The notes under the pieces: generated by a model
Told to the model about the DNA's origin: nothing
Databases searched by the model: none
Seen by the model: the letters and a program-made list of their open reading frames with translations, nothing else
Source: Lobosporangium transversale
Taxonomy: Eukaryota
NCBI RefSeq assembly: GCF_002105155.1
Contig: NW_019028980.1
Coordinates: forward strand, 620,001-684,000
Length of the DNA stretch: 64,000 bases
Direction of reading: 5' to 3'
Part shown: one piece after another, positions 51,301-64,000 of the stretch
Numbering within the stretch: the first letter of the stretch is position 1
Layout: each line of letters begins with the position of its first letter
Position numbers and translations under genes: made by a program

Positions 51301-52687
51301 TCATGGTTTATCCTCAACAGCCTATGGTCAAGACCAAGACGATCGAGATGATTGGATATGATAAATTGCCTGCAGGACAGAATGCTACGGTCGCAGTCAT
51401 GTCCAATTCTGGTTATGACATTGAGGATGCGCTTGTTTTGAATAAGGCGTCGCTAGATCGCGGATATGGTCGATGCCAGGTGCTTCGTAAATATGCCACA
51501 TTACTTCGACAGTATCCCAATGGAAGCTATGATCGCCTCGCAGATCCACCAGTTCATCCGGACGATCCCAGCATTGTTCAGGATAAGTTTGATGTGCTGG
51601 ATAAGGATGGTATTGCCTCAGTTGGAGAAAGGATCAAGCCTGGTCAAGTCTATATCAACAAACAGATGCCTACTAACACTAGCTCAGATATCGGTGTCAA
51701 TTCGCGTGACCCAACAGCCAATGCATACAAGAATGCGCCCATGTCATATAAGAGCGCCATGGAGGGTTATGTAGATAAAGTTTTGATGACAACCACCGAG
51801 AATGATCAGACGTTGATCAAGGCGCTTATTCGGCAGACTCGTCGTCCTGAATTGGGAGACAAGTTCTCGTCACGTCACGGACAAAAGGGAGTCTGTGGTA
51901 TCATTATTCAGCAGGAGGACATGCCATTCTCAGACCTGGGTATCTGCCCAGATGTCATCATGAACCCTCATGGTTTCCCATCTCGTATGACGGTCGGGAA
52001 GATGATTGAGTTGTTGGCAGGCAAGGCGGGGGTTTTAAAGGGAGAATTGCAGTATGGAACTGCGTTCGGTGGATCCAAGGTTGAAGACATGAGTCGCATT
52101 TTGATCGAAAACGGATTCTCATACTCTGGAAAAGATTTTGTGACGAGTGGAGTTACTGGAGAGCCATTGTCAGCATATATCTATTTTGGACCTGTCTATT
52201 ACCAAAAATTGAAGCATATGGTTATGGACAAGATGCACTCACGTTCTCGTGGTCCTCGTGCAGTATTGACTCGTCAGCCAACAGAAGGTCGTTCCAGAGA
52301 TGGTGGTTTGCGTCTCGGAGAGATGGAGAGAGGTAAGCATGTCTACCAATGGCTTTGTGACAATAATTCACAGTGCTGCAAGCTTATTATTTTAACCTTT
52401 TTTTTTTTTTTTTTTTTTTTTTTTACCTTGGTTGTTTGACTATAGATTGCTTAATTGGTTATGGAGCCAGTATGCTTTTGCTGGAACGTTTGATGATTTC
52501 ATCCGATATTTTTGAGATTCATGTTTGTGAGATGTGTGGTTTGTTGGGATACGCAGGCTGGTGCCAGCACTGTAAGAGTTCGAAGGGTATGGCTAAGATG
52601 CAGATCCCATATGCATGCAAGCTTCTATTCCAGGAACTACAATCCATGAACGTCATCCCCCGTCTGCAGCTCGAGAATGTCTTTTAA
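48338..52687 (+). CDS. RET1: RNA polymerase III second-largest subunit (RPC2), about 8 exons
   Basis: [90 protein letters not shown]; all junctions GT-AG. Confidence 0.96.
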
Positions 52688-54934
52688 AAAAATTAGAAAA
52701 ATAAAATTGCATTGTACTGCATATTTCTAGCATTTACAACATGACATTCACCCTGACAATATTACAGAATACTTCATTGCCAACTTGGACCTTATTTGAA
52801 AAGTAAGAGAACGCTTCATGTGTTGCACAAAATTTCGTCCAAAAATAATTGCTGCAAAGCGAAAGTCATGAACAAGGTGAACCATAACCATAATTTTCGT
52901 GAAATAAATGGGTGATCGAGTTTCTTGACTTTTAAAAGTTTGTTTATTAAGCACCATAGTCATCTTCACCATCGTTGCTCGTTGTGGTTGTTTCCGCCAC
53001 TATCACCCTTCAATCCTCGAGACGAGTTTAGTAGTATAGGGCTTATATCTTGGCCCGTCATCAACACGCAAAGAAAAATCAAAGGCGAATAGACATGAGA
53101 TGGAAGAATAATCGAATGCTTGTCAGGCATCTTATATCCCAAAATCAGCTCAAAAGTCAATGTCTCCCGTATTTTATCAACGCCTCCTTTTTGTTGCTCT
53201 CACCGTCAAACAGTGTATGTACTGTTATCTGAAGAGCTTGAAGCTGTTTTCAAAGGTGTATTTTTTTTATGGGCTCATTCATATTTTTATGAGTGACGTT
53301 TATGAGCTATCGTTAGAGGCTGAGCTCAACAATCATGGGCTGGAGTAGGCTCGTCACCAGTCTGAGGACGAGCCTAGGGCTGGAGATTGTCAGAAGGACA
53401 TCCGGCCTCGGCAAAACTAGCGGTAGCAGGAAGCCTCCTTAAGAGTCACTTTAGCGACTATGGCACAAATACGATTTTCTTACCAAAATCATACCACGAC
53501 TCCTTGATAAAGGGATGGTCGTTTTCGTTCACTTCACATGCACTTGATGAGACTTGTCACTTTTCCAGAAAGTCCCATGCTCAGGGTTTTTGGAGGTCTA
53601 CTTTGCTGTCAGTCGTAACCAGATTTTCAAACTTCCAGTTAGTGCTTCTCTTTGAGGGCAGGGATGATCTTGTGCAGCCATTCATCGTGGACTTTGATGA
53701 ATTGATGGCTATAGGAAGGTCAAGGAGTCGCGAAACTTCGAGGATGTCGTCAAGAAGGTATTGCGCAATATGAAAAGTGGATGTTGCTTTATGTCATCAA
53801 GGCCTGTTCATGAAAGGGCTCAGCATAGAAACATGAAAAGGAAAAAATACAAAGTGGGTGGTACGACGGTAAAGGGCATTGGTCGGAGTGGGGTAAAGAA
53901 ATATGCTCGATGACGATATATTTCTTGGGCGGGAAGGAAAAAAAAGGAATAACCCTGCATTAAAAAAAAATACAAAAATGAATGTCCTCTTCGACTAATG
54001 ACATATGATTCTATCGAGTGTAGAATGCTTTATTTTGGTTATTGGAAGGAATAGCAATAAGGGCAATGGAGACAGCAAAGACGCGTAGCATTGGTCAAGG
54101 ATGTATAAATTTGGAGGAAGCTAGCGGAGCCAAGTTTATTACTTATTAACCCTTCCCACTTGCCATTCGTTGTATGAGTAAATTGTACATGCTAGTCTAG
54201 CTTGACAAAAGCAAGAACATTTATAAATCTTTTAATATTAATGTATACAGTCCAACATTTTCGAAGCTTAAAGTCTCCATTTGCAAGCAAGGAAAAAAAG
54301 ACAAGCGTGACCCAACGAAGGTTGCCACAGGGCTCTCACACAGAAACATGCACAACAACTGGACCCACCCATCAAGATTGAATCGATTTCCTGTATCCGC
54401 ACACATTTTCGCGTTGTCAAAATAGTAGCTCCCTTTTCTTTTTTCTTACTTAATTTCATCTTCTTTGTACATGTTCATGTACTGTCTCCTGATTTTTTTT
54501 TTTTTTTTTACAAGAGCGATAAATAAGATATCAGGAGAGTAAATGGTAGATATGAAGGAGTAACGAACATTAGCAATGCATATTGTAATTATAACGTGTC
54601 CTTGTTGTCTATCGCAGAAAAGAAAAGAAAGGACGACCTCACGGTTGCCTGAAAAAAATTGGACATGCTTTTTGTACACCAGTTTTGTTGTTTACAACCT
54701 CTGCTATTCGATAAATGCATTTGTGTTGACCTCAATGCGGTCCAATGCTTTTTTTGCAGTGCAATCCAATGAGAGCTGTCTTCCTCTCTCTTCTAATGCT
54801 TGAGTCTGGTTCTATTGTTTCTACTAGTTCGTTTCTAGCTGAACTGCATGATGGACTTTTCCTTGCGATGCAGTCTAAGCGCGTTCTTCCAACTCACAGC
54901 TAAAACCCTGCTCTATCGTCACACATCCTTTCCA

Positions 54935-54965
<31 letters not shown>

Positions 54966-55557
54966 CTGCATTCTTCATCGCATGTAATCTTTTTTATTAC
55001 ATTACTCCATTTGTGAAATACTTCTTTAGACTCTTTCTGTTTTTCTCTCCCACGCCCTTTCATACCCTTACTTATCCATCATTTTATTCTCTTGTACAAA
55101 ATCTCCACAGACAAACGCCCACCTTTTTTTTGTATCCCCATTCTGTCGCTTGAAATTAAAGTTCGTTACCAATCACCTCAACCTGTCATCATCAGTCCGC
55201 ACGACGCCCTACTATCCTCTCTGTCTTCACCTTCTATCACTTCTTTCACACCACTTTGTTCTCTCGCCTTCTGTATTGTCAAAAGAAGAGGAAAGAAAGA
55301 AGAAATAGATACGTATACCAGAAGGTCTGCATTTATACATTTATCGTAAACGATCGCAAGAGAGAGGACAAGCGCAATTGTGTGCGTCTTTGTGTGCGCA
55401 TGAACAAGTGAAAGCGGGTGTGAGAAAGGTGAACCCGTTTACATTGACTATTAGATCATAAAGTACCAAGCAAAACCATCGAAGAGAGAGAAGAAAAAGG
55501 AAGATCGAAATAAAAATAAGAAAGAATAGAAAAAGACATGAGTCTGGCGCTTTTGCC

Positions 55558-56499
55558 ATGCCAACAGCAGCAGTATCTCTGACCGTAACGAACTCTCCTC
55601 GCCGTATATCCTCCACCTCTACTTCATCCTCATCGTCTTCTGCCTCAACTTGCTCTTCTACTTTCCGTACAAACTCCAAAGACTCGCCACCCTCGTCATC
55701 TGGAAGTGACAGTGGAGGAGGAAAACAAAGCGAAGGCGAAGGAGGATGGAGAAGACGAGGAACTACAACAACAGCAACAGCAACGACGACGGCAACAGCA
55801 ACAGCAGCAACAGCAGCAAGTGCAGGGACAGTGTCACGGTTCAAGTTATCTAAGCTCCTCCATCTTCCACTTCATCATCAATCAAGTCGTTCTGAACAGA
55901 ATGAAGTACAGCCGCCGTTATCACCACGACAACAACATTATCAGTACCTTCAACAGCAATCATTGAACTCTCACTCATACCACGCTTATAACCATCATGG
56001 CCGTCCACAACATCAACATCACGACCACGGGCGCCAGCACAGGTCAAAATACCATAGCTCGGCCGCTCGATTTCGACGGGGTAATTTCTTTGGGTTCCTG
56101 CAGTCATATTACCATGTCTTTCATCGACAGCTACAAGACTCAACAGACCCAGCAACGGATAAAGATGCATCGTTAGCCCATTCGTCTTTCGATGGCGATA
56201 GTGACAAAGATATAGACATTGATAGAGACCAAGATAGAGATGGACATTCCAAGAAACCTAATGCTATGACCTCCCCACGATTGCCTGTTCGCTCTATGCT
56301 GTCCTCACTACAATTTGGCAGGAGCAACGGCAATACCAAGACCAACTATAAAGGTGGTGGTAAGAACATGACCCCGCCTACGTTGGCAGTGCATCCAGGA
56401 TACAATGTAAGACATCCTTTCTTTGTTTGAGCGATTTGGATTGTCTCTTTCCTTTTTGTCTGTGTTCATATTTGATAACGCAGGATGCGCTTTGTCCAC

Positions 56500-56535
<36 letters not shown>

Positions 56536-59491
56536 GCCGTTGCTATTGCTCTTGTATTAAACCAAGGCCACCATTTCAGACTTTCGACCGCACGCAACCA
56601 TTGACTCTACACTCTCTGATTCTCCACCAACGAAAATCACAGAGATTATTTTTGACCAGCATAGCAGATATGCTGCCTCTTCTTCTGCTGCCGCCATCGC
56701 TGACTCTCATCATCACCAATTGCTTCTTGAGTTACAACAACCGCAGTCGCAAGATGTAACTTCGTCATTATCGACCACAATTCCATCAACAACCGCGCTA
56801 GTGGTTGCTGCGCCTATCGGTACTAATTCAAGTAATACAAAGCTCACTACACATGCTAATGTTAATAATATTGCCAGTGATTCATTATCCCCGAAAGAGA
56901 TTGTAACCGTGACGACGACAATAACAGATACAAACACCAATCCTTCTCTTTTCACACCGTCATCATCATCACCATCACCATTACAAATCAACTCTAATAA
57001 CAACGCTGATAACAGCACAAAAATCAGTAGTGGTCTTAAAGCAACGTTGCGTCCGCTCAGTTTATTGAGCGGTAGTAACAAAAATAGCAAAAGCACTAGA
57101 ACACCTCAGCTATCATCAATCATCCCTTCATCATTCATCTCCTCTGTGACATCCTCGACTGTGACAACGGAACCAATAGTCTTACCATCTAGACAGAATG
57201 CCGTTCCACTCCCGTCTAGAAGAACCCGTCGCTCAAAAACAGGACCACCCTTACCATTAATTCAACAACAACAGCAGCAACAACTACAGGGCCAAGGCAG
57301 TGATCAACCATCTTTACCGTCCACTTCAACCTCCTTCTCTTCACCTTCTAAACACATTACTAGAGCATTGGAGGCTGGAGCAAAGAAGATTGGGCTTTTA
57401 AAAAAGAAAAGGACAACGATACCCACTCACTACTTGTCATTGCCTGTTGGAGGGATAGCCTCTGCTGCTGTTTCAGAAGCAAGTGGGATGTATGCGCTAC
57501 ACTCAGAGGATCTTTCTGTCACAGAGTTTGCAAAACTAGCAGGAATCACCATTCTGCCGGATATTGAGAATGATAGCGACAATTATAACAGTGTACTCAG
57601 CTCGTTTCAGTATCATAATGTTGACGACACTATTGCTTCGAACAGCGTGGAAGAAGGAGCCGATGGTAGTAGCGGGAGTGGCCACCCGTCAACGGGCGAA
57701 AGTAGCAGTAGCGGTAGTAGCCATTTAATCAAGGCCATGATCCCTGGATCAGACTCTGGAAACACAATGGACTCGGATAGGCAGCTGACGACTGACAGTA
57801 TGATCAGCAATCAGAGTTTCCTGAGGAAAGTCAACATTTGGGATCCTCAGTTCTGGACCAACCCTCGCGATGGCATCACTGGTACCACTGGAGCTTTTCA
57901 AGCAGTATCACGGCCTTCTTCATCGCCACCTATATTACTGTCAACGATGTCCGTCTCTTCCAGCGCGCCTCCATCACCAATGTTCTTACCTATGGCACAA
58001 ATGCCCTTCAATATCCCAGCGTTGGTCAGACAGCCACCTACACCAGCAGAGTCAGATAACGACAATATCGTATGGAGTAGTGGCGATAGTAAAAAGGTTG
58101 AGGATGATTGGTCCAGTGCCAAGACCTCGGCTCAGGTGCGCAGGAACTCTTTCACGTCGGATGGACTGTGTTCAGGAGATGGAGCTGAAGGAGGGACATT
58201 GACAACAACTAAATTTAAGAGAGAGCGTGCACGCACTACGAGTGGCACTAGTATTACTCTCCGACGTGTCGATGAGATGCCCAACCCCCCAAAGGATGCA
58301 GCAGAACTCTCGAGAGATCTTACCCGGCGATGTCCGTTCACGTCATTGACAGCCGTTGCTATTGAGCTAGGGGGTAGCGAACAAGAGACTCAACAAAGAG
58401 AAGGGCCTGCCAATCGGTCTGAAGCCTCTCTTAATCAGGCAAGGGGCAACAGTACTACTCATTTAGAACCATCTTTGCCAGATCAGGCCATTGTCCCCTC
58501 TAGATCTCAACAACAACAACGCTCACATCCACATCATGTCCCTGCTCATACCGTAGCACTACATGCACTTCAGCCTTCGAGATGTAAGAATACTTTACTA
58601 CAGAGTTGTGGTAGTGGTAGCAGCAGTGGTCTTCCACGATTACCAGGGGGCACTTCTAGGAATCGTTCATCTTCGCCTTCACCTTTGTCACGACAGATCA
58701 ACTTGGACTCTCCACAAGAGGAAAAAGAGGAGTTTGATTTTCAGTCATCAACAACATCAGAAGCAGGAACATCATCCGTAACAGGGTTTGTACCGACTAC
58801 TACCACTGTTATTACGGATACCACTGTTGCTACTAGATCGTTCACTCTCAACCCATCATCAATGGCTATGGCCATGTATCGGCAACGGACACAGTCCTTA
58901 CCCACCTTGTTCTTGCCGGATCCACAGAATGTTGCTGCTACTGTTCCTGCCAGTGATACACTCTCGTCGCTGACAGCGTCAACACCATTTACATCTGTGA
59001 CCCCTCTTGCATCAGGCTCGGTGGAGCGTAGGCCGTCAACATCGACATCAACGTTAGCTAGCTCCAAGCCGAAACGTACGTTTGAACCTGGAACCAAGGT
59101 CGGGAGATTTACGCTGGTGAAGGAGCAATGCACTAGACATGTTGATATTCTTCGAGCACAGGAGGAAGAGCTACGACTACAAAATCAATCAACGCCATCA
59201 TCTCGCCGTATATCTACGATTAGTTTAATGTCTTCTTCGTCATCTTCGTTAGCTGTATTTGGACCAGAAGATCAAGAACATCATAATATAGTGGGCGCCT
59301 CGGATGAATGCAAGCATGGAGAGGATGAAAAATCACAAAAAGAAGGGAGCTGGATGAATGATAGCCTAGTAATGAAGTCAGAAGAGAATGTAGTAGTCTT
59401 TCAGCGCAAGAAGACCAGACGATCACTCCCAGTGAATCCACAACAACGATACTCGAACCCAAATCCAGACTCAAGTTCACAATTGCAATAG
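55558..59491 (+). CDS. Large Ser/Thr-rich intrinsically disordered hypothetical protein, 2 exons
   Basis: 290-aa and 923-aa ORFs joined in frame by a GTAAGA donor (56407) and CAG acceptor (56659). Confidence 0.72.
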
Positions 59492-59955
59492 AAGAAAAAA
59501 AAAAACTATCCTTCGTATTATTATTTGTATTATAATAAATTAAAAATTACTGTTCACTCCAAGATTTTTTATATTTGGAGTGATCAAAAGTAATGGACAA
59601 AGTATGATATTACAAAAACTTTTTTTATTGACTAAACTTTGTACAGATCGAGTGAATAATTAGTATTGAAAAAAAAAAAAAAAAAAAAAAAAGAAAGGAT
59701 GATTTTCAATGAAGAAAAGAAAGAAGCGTTGCGTTCAACTTCCTAACCCATTGTAATGGAGCCTTGCTCCTCCACAAGACCCTTATTTCAACCTAATGAC
59801 CTTTTTTCTTTTTTGTGTTGGTAGTTTCCAGGAAGTGATTCTTTTTTTGTGCTTTGATTGAGATATAGTTGTTGTTACAATGAATGAATAGATAAAAAAA
59901 AAAAAGAGTAAAGCGCATATAAAAAAAATATATATATAAATGAAAAGGCAGGTTT

Positions 59956-62900
59956 TTACAATGCATTTGCAACCGCAACTGCGTAAGCGCCGGAATGGCT
60001 GATCGAGACCTTGATCTCTTTGACACCGGCTTTGGTGGCTGCTTCTTGTGCTGCACCTGAGAAAACAACCGAAGGTGCTCCGCTCTCTGCCATCACAATT
60101 TCAATCTCGGCGAGTCCTGCACCTGCTCCTTGAGTCCAGACTTTCTCTGCGTCTAATGAGAACGACGACACAGCCTTGACCACAGCCTCTTTGGCGGACC
60201 AACGTCCTGCAAAGCTTGCCTGCGGGTCAGGTCGGCTCAGACAGTAGTCAATCTCTTGCTGTGTAAAATTGCGCTCCAAAAATGTCTGGTTCTCAATATT
60301 GATCGCAGAGACCATCTCGACATCGACACCTACACCACGTGATGTTGAAACAGACTCTTTTGCAGAAGTCTCAAGGATAGCTCGCGTCATATCTACATCA
60401 ACCTTCTCTCCTTGAGGGACCAATGCTTTGGCATTGAAGGCCCAAGACTTAGTAGTGTTGTTGTACTGAGCACGAGCGCGAGGATCAAGGTAGACAGGCG
60501 ATTCAAGTTCAGGAGTGTATGGAGGAGCGTTCTTGACCTGTACCAGGGCTGGACCACCAGTCATTGAGTCGTGGAGATAGCGGTATGACTTGGCCTGGCG
60601 TGCCTGCTGCTTAGCCTTGTATGCCTCATACTCATGTTCTTCAAGAGCACCAAGGATATAATCCGAGTGAATCACAAGGACTTCACCACCTACTTGACCG
60701 AATCCAAAGGACTTGAGCAAACCTGCCTTGATACCATCAGTCTGGATCGAACGTGACGTGTACAACACATACTCATATTGCTTCATAACATCATCAATGT
60801 TATCGGCGTTACGGTTACCAGGAATCAAACCAGTCTGGAGGACCTGGAGAACTCCATTCAACATCCAGGCAGCAGCAGCACCCTTAGGATGGCCAGTAAG
60901 GTATTTCTGCCAGATCGAGGGCAGCGCATTACCCTTGCTGCGACCCAAATGCTCGAGCTGCTTGTTGACGACTTCGGATTCATTCTTGTCGTTAGCTTTG
61001 GTAGAAGTGCCGTGGAATGATCCAACACCAATATCATCGATAGTCAAGCCAAAGGAGGCAAGAGCGCCGCGAAGAGGTGCAATTTGAGGGTCCTGACGAT
61101 AGAACTCATTGCCCCACAAGTTTAATGCCTCGCGGTGTTGGCGCTGGGCTTCCTTCTGGATACGTTCGGTCTCAGCAGCGAGATACTCCTCTTCTGTAAC
61201 AGTGAGTGCGTTGTTGGCTTTGAGCTCCTCAAGTTCATACTTCAGTTCTGTGTACTCGTTCTCGACCCACTGCTTGATCTGAGCACGGCGAGCATCAATC
61301 TGACGCTTACGATATTTGATGTCCAGAAGACGAGAAGGCATCTTGCCCTTGGCCTCTCGAGCAGTGGTCAAGACACCCTGGCCAGGTGCAGGGACAGAGC
61401 GGCCCTCCTTGTCGGTAGCGGTGTTAGTTAGAGCGATAATACCATAAATTGGGACACCCATCTTAATGGCAAGTTGAGCCTGCATCAAAATCTCAATACC
61501 AGCACCATGCGACTCCATGAAACCAGCACGAGTAGTCGTGGCAGGACGAGACATTTCCTGAGGCGTGCGGCCATGGGCAAACTCATCTTCAGTATTGCTA
61601 GTCGCCTTCATGTTTGCGAATTCGTATGAGCCTTCCTCCTGGAAGTCATCGTAGCCTCCAACAATAACAATCTTAGCCTTGCCGCTTTGAATAGTGTCCA
61701 CGCCGATTTCAACAGACTCAACAGCTGTAGCGCAGGCTCCGACTGGCGTCTTGATAGGGCCCGAAGATGACAACAGCAGCATGTTGATCCAGGCGGGCAT
61801 TGTATTAATGAAAGACTCTTGAAGCACATCCTTTTGCACAGGCCTATCCAGATGGCGGTCATGGTAAATACCGCGGAGGGAAAGCATACCGCCGACACCG
61901 GAGCCAGCTGTGTTTCCAACCTCAGAGACATGGACATATTGATAGAACTCGTAAGGATCAGTGATGCCAGATGCGACCAAGGCTTCAACGGTCGAAACCA
62001 ACACATAAAGAGTTATGACATCGACTTGATCAATAATATCCTTGGGCACACCATAGCGAGCAGCGTCCCATCCAGTAGGGATCTGCCCAGCGACGAGACG
62101 GTCAAATTTGAGCGCCTTGGGGATGTACATGCTGGCACCCTTTTTGAATTTGACAGCCCATTGGCCTGACTCTTCCTCATAGATGTCAACCTTGTCGCCA
62201 TGCTGGAGCTTGAACTGATGTGCTTCCTCCTTTGAAACCTCGAAGGGCTCAAGATCGTGATCGATCAAGACCTCCTGCATAAGGCCTTTGCGTTTAGGAT
62301 CATACCCACCGAACAGTTCGGGCTCAATCAGACGAATACCAGTGTGCTCCAGGATCTGCTTCTCGTACTTGGCCTTGACATCCCTGTCCTTCACAGGCTC
62401 TTCAGTCTTGGCGTCAATCCATCCAGAGTAAGGAGCGCCAGATTTGAGAGGGCCGTTATGGTGCTTGATGAAGCCCATAATCCACGCCATCTCAATGCAT
62501 CCTTCGAGCGAGAACTGGCCATTGGCTTCCATCTCCCAGCGAGTACGGGAATTGCCCCATGGACCAACTTCACTGAAACCTGTCACGACAACGACTTTTT
62601 CGAGGTCGAGCATACCCTTGAGCTTGTGAGCATGCCCAAGATCCTTGTAGTCCTTGAGTTCTGGAAAGGGGAACTTCATGTTAGCTCGGGGCGTGACTTT
62701 GTGTGATTGGTGCTTGCGCTCCGCCTCAGCGCCGTACGTCTCTTTAAAGTCCAAAGTGTTCTCGGCGACAATGGCCTTACGGATCTCCGAAGTCTGACGG
62801 TACTCAGCGCGCAAGTTGGCACTAATTTCGTTTAGGTTGGGTAAGTACTGCAGACCACCGTTCAAGTCAGCCCAGACAGGCTCAATTTGACAAAGACTGG

Positions 62901-64000
62901 TGATCGAGGGATGCATAAGACCTAAGATGTTGAAGGCCATCTCCTGAGTTGAGAAAGTGCGGACCCCATACTTCTCGAGACCCTCAGCGACAATGTTATT
63001 GCCACTCATCAAACCAGTACCACGAGTCCAACCAATAACGGCTCCAGTGATAGTCAGGTAGGCAGACCAAGATTCAGAAGTCCAGCGGTTGAACAGGGTC
63101 TCTAATGCGACCTTAGATTCTCCGTAAAGACCGTCAGCACCAAATGTCCCGTGATTAGGAGACAAGGGAAGAATAACCTGAGCAGGGCGTGTATCGTAAC
63201 CGTACTCCATCTTCTTGGTCTTCACATTACCCAGCAGACGAAGAACGTTGGTCAACATGATACGGTGAGCTAACTCTGACTTCGAGTCAATATTGTCGAT
63301 TTCCTTGCCTTGGACAGAAATGGCGGCGAATGGGATAATGTAATCAAGGTCCCAACCTAGGCCTTTCTTAGGATCTTTGTCGTAAATATAGTTGACAAGT
63401 GCATCAACATCCTGTTTCGAGCCTCCATTGAAAGGAACGACAACCAAGGAAGAATTCTTGGAGCCATGGCGTTGGTAAATCGACTGGTAGTACTCCGTAA
63501 CCTCACGGCTGAAACGCGAGGTGGTGACAACGACTTTGGCGCCTCCAGAGAGTAGACCCTTGAGGATAGCGGCTCCGATGGAATCCTTACCAGCGCCGGT
63601 TATAAGGACCATGCGGTTCTCGTAGGTTATACCATCCTTGGCCATATTAGTCAGAACATCAAGATAAACGCTAGTCAGACGCTGAGAGAACTCCCATCCA
63701 CCTTCGATATGAGGATTCTTCTTCTTGAGATGCAAGAATGGGATAGTTTCCTTCTTTGCTGCCTTCTTGGGGCGATCAGGGTTGACATTGACTGAGGGAC
63801 GACGAGCACGGCTGGCACGACGAGCTCTCTCCTCACGTACGATATTATTGGACATATTGATGGCATGAATGACCTCACCATAGAGGGATTTGATGGCTAA
63901 CTTGGATGAGGACTTCATAGTGTTTTGGGCCTTGATAATCTTGTAAATTTGGGCCAAGTTTTTCTGGACTTTTTGGCGGTTACTGTACTCAGACATCTTT
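59956..64000 (-). CDS. FAS2: Fungal type I fatty acid synthase, alpha-type C-terminal part (KR, KS, PPT domains); partial, runs off window end
   Basis: [63 protein letters not shown]. Confidence 0.96.
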   Translation of the reverse strand, partial: KMSEYSNRQKVQKNLAQIYKIIKAQNTMKSSSKLAIKSLYGEVIHAINMSNNIVREERARRASRARRPSVNVNPDRPKKAAKKETIPFLHLKKKNPHIEGGWEFSQRLTSVYLDVLTNMAKDGITYENRMVLITGAGKDSIGAAILKGLLSGGAKVVVTTSRFSREVTEYYQSIYQRHGSKNSSLVVVPFNGGSKQDVDALVNYIYDKDPKKGLGWDLDYIIPFAAISVQGKEIDNIDSKSELAHRIMLTNVLRLLGNVKTKKMEYGYDTRPAQVILPLSPNHGTFGADGLYGESKVALETLFNRWTSESWSAYLTITGAVIGWTRGTGLMSGNNIVAEGLEKYGVRTFSTQEMAFNILGLMHPSITSLCQIEPVWADLNGGLQYLPNLNEISANLRAEYRQTSEIRKAIVAENTLDFKETYGAEAERKHQSHKVTPRANMKFPFPELKDYKDLGHAHKLKGMLDLEKVVVVTGFSEVGPWGNSRTRWEMEANGQFSLEGCIEMAWIMGFIKHHNGPLKSGAPYSGWIDAKTEEPVKDRDVKAKYEKQILEHTGIRLIEPELFGGYDPKRKGLMQEVLIDHDLEPFEVSKEEAHQFKLQHGDKVDIYEEESGQWAVKFKKGASMYIPKALKFDRLVAGQIPTGWDAARYGVPKDIIDQVDVITLYVLVSTVEALVASGITDPYEFYQYVHVSEVGNTAGSGVGGMLSLRGIYHDRHLDRPVQKDVLQESFINTMPAWINMLLLSSSGPIKTPVGACATAVESVEIGVDTIQSGKAKIVIVGGYDDFQEEGSYEFANMKATSNTEDEFAHGRTPQEMSRPATTTRAGFMESHGAGIEILMQAQLAIKMGVPIYGIIALTNTATDKEGRSVPAPGQGVLTTAREAKGKMPSRLLDIKYRKRQIDARRAQIKQWVENEYTELKYELEELKANNALTVTEEEYLAAETERIQKEAQRQHREALNLWGNEFYRQDPQIAPLRGALASFGLTIDDIGVGSFHGTSTKANDKNESEVVNKQLEHLGRSKGNALPSIWQKYLTGHPKGAAAAWMLNGVLQVLQTGLIPGNRNADNIDDVMKQYEYVLYTSRSIQTDGIKAGLLKSFGFGQVGGEVLVIHSDYILGALEEHEYEAYKAKQQARQAKSYRYLHDSMTGGPALVQVKNAPPYTPELESPVYLDPRARAQYNNTTKSWAFNAKALVPQGEKVDVDMTRAILETSAKESVSTSRGVGVDVEMVSAINIENQTFLERNFTQQEIDYCLSRPDPQASFAGRWSAKEAVVKAVSSFSLDAEKVWTQGAGAGLAEIEIVMAESGAPSVVFSGAAQEAATKAGVKEIKVSISHSGAYAVAVANAL

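Noticed and set aside
53300..53815. Coding-like minus-strand fragments downstream of RET1
   Set aside because: Many stops and frameshifts with no identifiable family; possibly a relic but unsupported.
60713..62706. Plus-strand ORFs overlapping FAS (and similar shadow ORFs elsewhere)
   Set aside because: Antisense shadows of codon-biased genes; no independent signals.
59956..64000. FAS as part of a secondary-metabolite cluster
   Set aside because: Neighbours in the window are housekeeping or unknown genes; no tailoring enzymes or PKS seen.

Overview
Eukaryotic fungal genomic DNA: intron-rich genes with GT-AG introns and many A/T homopolymer tracts. The style suggests an early-diverging fungus such as Mortierellaceae (inference only). 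Housekeeping genes: FGGY pentulose kinase, Far11/STRIP, Vma12, a two-EF-hand protein, His2, branched-chain ketoacid dehydrogenase E2, RanGAP, Mps1, a LysP-like amino-acid permease, AP-3 sigma, a PL14 lyase, Pol III subunit RPC2 and the 3' part of fatty acid synthase. Accessory material: a decayed chromodomain Ty3/Gypsy retrotransposon, a bacterial-type GH8 hydrolase, a dispersed 28S rDNA 3' fragment, a DUF6589-like relic and a palindrome-rich TIR element. The most striking signals are in the retrotransposon. Its putative 3' LTR runs directly into an initiator tRNA-Met gene. It also carries an apparently intact, spliced ANTISENSE gene (about 130 aa, basic, Cys/His-rich) that starts inside the LTR and crosses the polypurine tract, while gag-pol is broken. 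All calls were made by eye from the sequence and ORF track; no searches were run.
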